Below the pieces are notes generated by a model. It saw nothing but the letters and a program-made list of their open reading frames with translations, was not told where the DNA came from and did not search any database. Below, in pieces: positions 60,441 through 64,000 of a stretch of 64,000 nucleotides of DNA. A program made the translations under genes and the position numbers. Each line of letters opens with the position of its first letter. Positions within the stretch are counted from its first letter, which is position 1. The stretch lies in NCBI GenBank assembly GCA_964458565.1, contig CAYWJO010000001.1:128001-192000 (forward strand), read 5' to 3'. The stretch comes from an uncultured archaeon. GTDB taxonomy: Archaea > Asgardarchaeota > Thorarchaeia > Thorarchaeales > Thorarchaeaceae.

Positions 60441-60518
60441 GAAACCATGGGAATCAAGATTGACAAGTGGACTCCTGAACAGGAAGCATACGCTAGAGCA
60501 TATGCAGAAGGTACATAG
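60441..60518 (+). pseudogene. ahcY: Orphan fragment: last 25 codons of a second ahcY allele
   Basis: Translates ETMGIKIDKWTPEQEAYARAYAEGT*; 24/25 aa and 65/78 nt identical to 59671-59748. Confidence 0.9.
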
Positions 60519-60562
60519 TCTTCACAGACATATGCACATCCACCTATATCCAAAGTGGTTCA

Positions 60563-61378
60563 TCACGAAGTCACACGCTCTGATACATCGACTCCATCAT
60601 GTTCAATCATTTGGAGAAGAAGTGGAATCAATGACTCATCTATAGCAATTAGATATGCCAGTTTCTTTTTAGTATAAGTTCTAGCGCCACTATTTAGTAG
60701 TTCCCAGAGCCGGCGATAGGAATACATAAGCTTACTATATTCATTCTGAAGTATGCTGAATCCATTCTTTTCTTTGAGTGAATCCGAAATAAATTGATCT
60801 AGGTAAGGTGTATCAACAGCCAGCCCTTTTGAGATAAACGTACCCATCTGAAGATCAAAAATGGTGGGTCTCATTCCACTAACATTATCAATCTCATCAT
60901 AACTGATTACAAAGAGGGAGGTTCTCTGTTTCGTGAAGAGCGCGTCAAGTTGGTTTTTTACAACGTTCGCAATTCGTGTGTTGTTATGAACCAGGTACAA
61001 GAAATTGCCCATGATAAGTTGAGCGATAATCTGAGCAAAGGAACTGATTGCAGCTGTTTGTTTCTCACCAAAAGCACTTATGATTTCACTGAGATTTGGA
61101 AGTTCCTCGTCCTCATCTTGAGTAATATGTTCGATGTTGATAGATGCACTTTCGGCAATTTGTAAATAAGTAGGATACTCTGTACCACGAATCTTATGTT
61201 TCACATCCAGATAGACGAGAATTGCATGAAACGGTTCGCCATGAACAGAGAGAACTGTGGCAATCCCTCCTTTCGTCTTGCCTACATCTATATCAGTAGC
61301 ATCTAGTGCGATGTTCTCCTGACAAATGTTGCAGAAAACATACACTTGCTTAGCTACATTTTCGGACATTACAGTCAC
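60563..61378 (-). CDS. Hypothetical protein with N-terminal CxxC...H..H putative metal-binding domain
   Basis: CNIC and 'HGEPFHAILVYLD...IRG'; long clean ORF. Confidence 0.65.
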   Translation of the reverse strand: MTVMSENVAKQVYVFCNICQENIALDATDIDVGKTKGGIATVLSVHGEPFHAILVYLDVKHKIRGTEYPTYLQIAESASINIEHITQDEDEELPNLSEIISAFGEKQTAAISSFAQIIAQLIMGNFLYLVHNNTRIANVVKNQLDALFTKQRTSLFVISYDEIDNVSGMRPTIFDLQMGTFISKGLAVDTPYLDQFISDSLKEKNGFSILQNEYSKLMYSYRRLWELLNSGARTYTKKKLAYLIAIDESLIPLLLQMIEHDGVDVSERVTS

Positions 61379-61463
61379 TAGAGTTATTTTCAGATATTAA
61401 ACAATGTTCATATATAGTCTGGTTAGATTTTGGGTCCTATTATCTCGATTAGAAACAAATGGA

Positions 61464-61991
61464 TTAGCTCAATTTCAATTTGAACGTCTTCTCAAACTTC
61501 TCGAGTTTTGGAGCAATCACATAACGACAGTAACCTTGATTGGGATTCCGTTTGAAGTAATCCTGGTGGTATTCTTCAGCTTCATAGAATTCAGAGAAAG
61601 GTTCTATCTTAGTCACGATGGGATCCTTCCAATTCTTACTCTTATCATATTCGCCCTTAATTCTCTCAGCCACCTCTTTCTGTTGTTCGGAATGATAGAA
61701 AATAATCGAACGATATTGAGTTCCAACATCATTGCCTTGACGATTCAGAGTAGTAGGATCATGAATTTCGAAGAATACTTCAAGTATCTCTTCATAAGAA
61801 ATTATTGAAGGATTAAACTCTAACTGAATAACTTCTGCATGACCAGTTTTACCGGTTAGGACTTGTTCATATGTAGGATTCTCTAAGTTTCCTCCAGAAT
61901 AGCCCGATTTGACGGAGATTACACCTTTCAATTGTTGATACACAGCTTCTGTACACCAGAAGCATCCTGATCCGAGAGTTGCTAATTCCAT
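61464..61991 (-). CDS. msrA: Peptide methionine sulfoxide reductase A
   Basis: [40 protein letters not shown]. Confidence 0.96.
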   Translation of the reverse strand: MELATLGSGCFWCTEAVYQQLKGVISVKSGYSGGNLENPTYEQVLTGKTGHAEVIQLEFNPSIISYEEILEVFFEIHDPTTLNRQGNDVGTQYRSIIFYHSEQQKEVAERIKGEYDKSKNWKDPIVTKIEPFSEFYEAEEYHQDYFKRNPNQGYCRYVIAPKLEKFEKTFKLKLS

Positions 61992-62197
61992 GTTTTACAC
62001 TCTATTCTAACATTAATCAACTATTAGAAAGCGGAATATATGAGAGAAAATCCACCTACCTCAAATGGAGCAGTACAAGAGCGGAATCAGCAAAATTATG
62101 GTGATTGCAAGATTTTATAACGAAATTATCCTGAATTTATAATAACTATAGTTAATTTTGACATTGGTATGTCGAATATAGAATCAAAGGTATGTAT

Positions 62198-62684
62198 TAT
62201 GAGAGACTACAAGATATTTCCAAAAGTTACAGGTAGCAATCTGAATAAGACGACAATGAATATTCCCGAAGATCTTGGTGGAGAATATAACTTAGTTATT
62301 GTGGCTTTTCAGCAACGACAACAATATGACGTCAACACGTGGATTTCATTTCTTGACGCTTTGAGTAGCAATAACTCTGATTTTGAGTATTATGAACTTC
62401 CAACCATTCGAAGTATGAATAGGTTCTATCAGAGGATTATTGATGGCGGAATGCGAGCTGGAATTCCATCAATTGATACCAGAGAACATACTATCACTCT
62501 ATATATTGATAAAAAACGGTTTCAGACAGCATTAGAAATCGAAAACGAAGATGACATTCATCTGTATCTAGTAGACCGAATTGGAAAGGTGTATGGAGAG
62601 TGGGTAGGTCCATACAATGAACAAGCCGCAACTGAGCTTGCAGAAATACTTACCGAGGTTAGAATTTCTTCCAAGGATTTGTGA
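62198..62684 (+). CDS. Thioredoxin-like fold protein of the ATP10-like prokaryotic family
   Basis: FPKVTGSNL, VAFQQRQQYDVNTW, IDGGMRAGIP, YLVDRIG. Confidence 0.6.
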
Positions 62685-63294
62685 GTGCTGCTGTTATTAT
62701 TACCATTCCTAATGCAAGCACAAGGTCAACAACAAGACTCAGTCCAATTGCATCAAATGGCACTCGCATTACCTGTGAAGCTAAGGTGATTCCTAAACCG
62801 ATAACCAATATACCACTTCTTACTTCTTGAAGTCTTCCTGTTTTCCAAGTAATTACAAAGGTTGCCATTAATACTACACCCATAATTAGCATCACAGGCA
62901 TAACAGCAGTGATTATCATTCCTGAGCTAGTACCTAAAAGAGTCATGGCAATCCAGTAGACAAATACTACAGTAATTATTCGTGGATGCTGCTTCTGATA
63001 TTTTTGCAACCAGATATCTAGAATTGCTACAAACATCGGGAGTGTTATGACTCCAACCATTAGAGCCCGTAGACGAAATAAATCAAGTGATTCAACCAAG
63101 ATTTCAGTTCGATACAAAAATTGTAGTGCCATGACGGCTATAAGACCAGAGAAGGAAATTCCAAAGATAAGTGGAAGATCTGTATAAAGACGGTTTTCTT
63201 GACTATACCATTCCTTTAGAAGATAGGTAGAAAGTACACTTGTGAATAAGATAATGAGAACAGTGGGAATAGCTGTTACTAACATATACTGCAT
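62659..63294 (-). CDS. Multi-pass (about 7 TM) hypothetical membrane protein
   Basis: Hydrophobic helices throughout. Confidence 0.65.
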   Translation of the reverse strand: MQYMLVTAIPTVLIILFTSVLSTYLLKEWYSQENRLYTDLPLIFGISFSGLIAVMALQFLYRTEILVESLDLFRLRALMVGVITLPMFVAILDIWLQKYQKQHPRIITVVFVYWIAMTLLGTSSGMIITAVMPVMLIMGVVLMATFVITWKTGRLQEVRSGILVIGLGITLASQVMRVPFDAIGLSLVVDLVLALGMVIITAALTNPWKKF

Positions 63295-63374
63295 TGTTTA
63301 CACCAGGTGTTATTCTCAGACAATTATGACGAATTGAAACATAAAAGCACCAATATAATCTGAAATAGTAAATT

Positions 63375-63719
63375 TCACTCAGATAGAATTTCTTCATCTG
63401 GTTCTATACAATCATCATCCGGGGATAATAATAGAATTTCTTCAGTATCTAATTCACTGTGGACTAGAACCATTGATATCCAACCCATAGGAATTATACT
63501 TGAATGAACCGGTCTCCGTGGGCCAACTATGAAATAATCATCACCAACGTAGATGATTCGTACTCCATGTGTTTCAGAAACCATTTTTTCTCTATCTTCA
63601 GAATGACCATAAGCTCCTGTGCATAGATATACATCCACAAGAGATTCTGCGTCAGCTAACTTTTGAAGCATACTCTTCCAGTTCTGCCCATATTCAAGTG
63701 CGCTTGCAACTCTTTCCAT
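63375..63719 (-). CDS. Small hypothetical protein (possible Sm/Hfq-like beta-barrel) with acidic tail
   Basis: GGAGGT RBS 6 nt before the ATG; helix followed by beta-strand pattern. Confidence 0.55.
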   Translation of the reverse strand: MERVASALEYGQNWKSMLQKLADAESLVDVYLCTGAYGHSEDREKMVSETHGVRIIYVGDDYFIVGPRRPVHSSIIPMGWISMVLVHSELDTEEILLLSPDDDCIEPDEEILSE

Positions 63720-63879
63720 GTGGTAACCTCCGGGGTTTCCTCGTGATTAACTCCGATGGATGGATTTAAGGTGCATTCGATTGCGGGAAGCCTTTCACAC
63801 CCTTCCTGTATTATGGCAAACTTTGCCTGATGGTTGCTGTAGACATAGACCTTTTCTTCTTTCAAGCACTATGTAGTTT

Positions 63880-64000
63880 ATGTCGCGAGTTGGAGATGTA
63901 GTTCTTAGTGTTGATGGGCTCCGTGCATACCATTCCTCTAAGGATGGAATTGTAAAGGCGGTTGATGATATTTCGTTCTCAATACGAAAAGGTGAAGCAG
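63880..64000 (+). CDS. Oligopeptide/dipeptide ABC ATPase (OppD/DppD-like), N-terminus, runs off the window
   Basis: Manual translation MSRVGDVVLSVDGLRAYHSSKDGIVKAVDDISFSIRKGEA. Confidence 0.8.
   Translation, partial: MSRVGDVVLSVDGLRAYHSSKDGIVKAVDDISFSIRKGEA

Noticed and set aside
60439-60645. 68-aa ORF in the supplied track
   Set aside because: Wrong frame; the meaningful signal is the ahcY tail copy starting at 60441.
63656-63865. 69-aa ORF as the frameshifted 5' half of the 63375-63719 gene, or a c-di-GMP-I riboswitch
   Set aside because: The downstream ATG has its own GGAGGT RBS and no BHB or slippery site is evident. Riboswitch similarity is limited to GGCAAA and GGTTACC without the core.

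Overview
Archaeal chromosomal window, most likely from an Asgard archaeon of the Thorarchaeia type. This assignment is inferred from gene content and style (exosome-proteasome superoperon, GGTGA/GGAGG RBSs, HdrA/B/C without mcr, SCP2, LRR and WD40 proteins) and was not checked against a database. From left to right the window holds: WD40/TPR genes; an ECF transporter module appended to the exosome/proteasome/prefoldin/KEOPS superoperon; MFS, ZnuABC and AEC transporters; a double-length HdrA; two-subunit ATP-citrate lyase; secreted proteins beside membrane-tethered wHTH regulators; two hdrCB pairs around a radical SAM gene; korDABC; a 2-hydroxyacyl-CoA dehydratase with its activator; two acyl-CoA ligases; an SCP2/dehydrogenase/FGGY kinase/aldolase/AOR cluster; and ahcY. 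The main finding is that ahcY (S-adenosylhomocysteine hydrolase) is interrupted in its conserved GHPSE|VMD motif by a 31-nt insert that folds with the flanking exons into a bulge-helix-bulge (BHB). Cutting at the canonical tRNA-splicing-endonuclease positions (59509-59539) restores a 419-aa AhcY, so this is a candidate protein-coding-gene intron. Archaeal examples are, to my knowledge, essentially limited to crenarchaeal cbf5. Directly downstream are a structured ~250-bp element flanked by an 8-bp direct repeat and an orphan, synonymously diverged copy of the last 25 ahcY codons. No rRNA, tRNA, CRISPR array or transposase was recognised.
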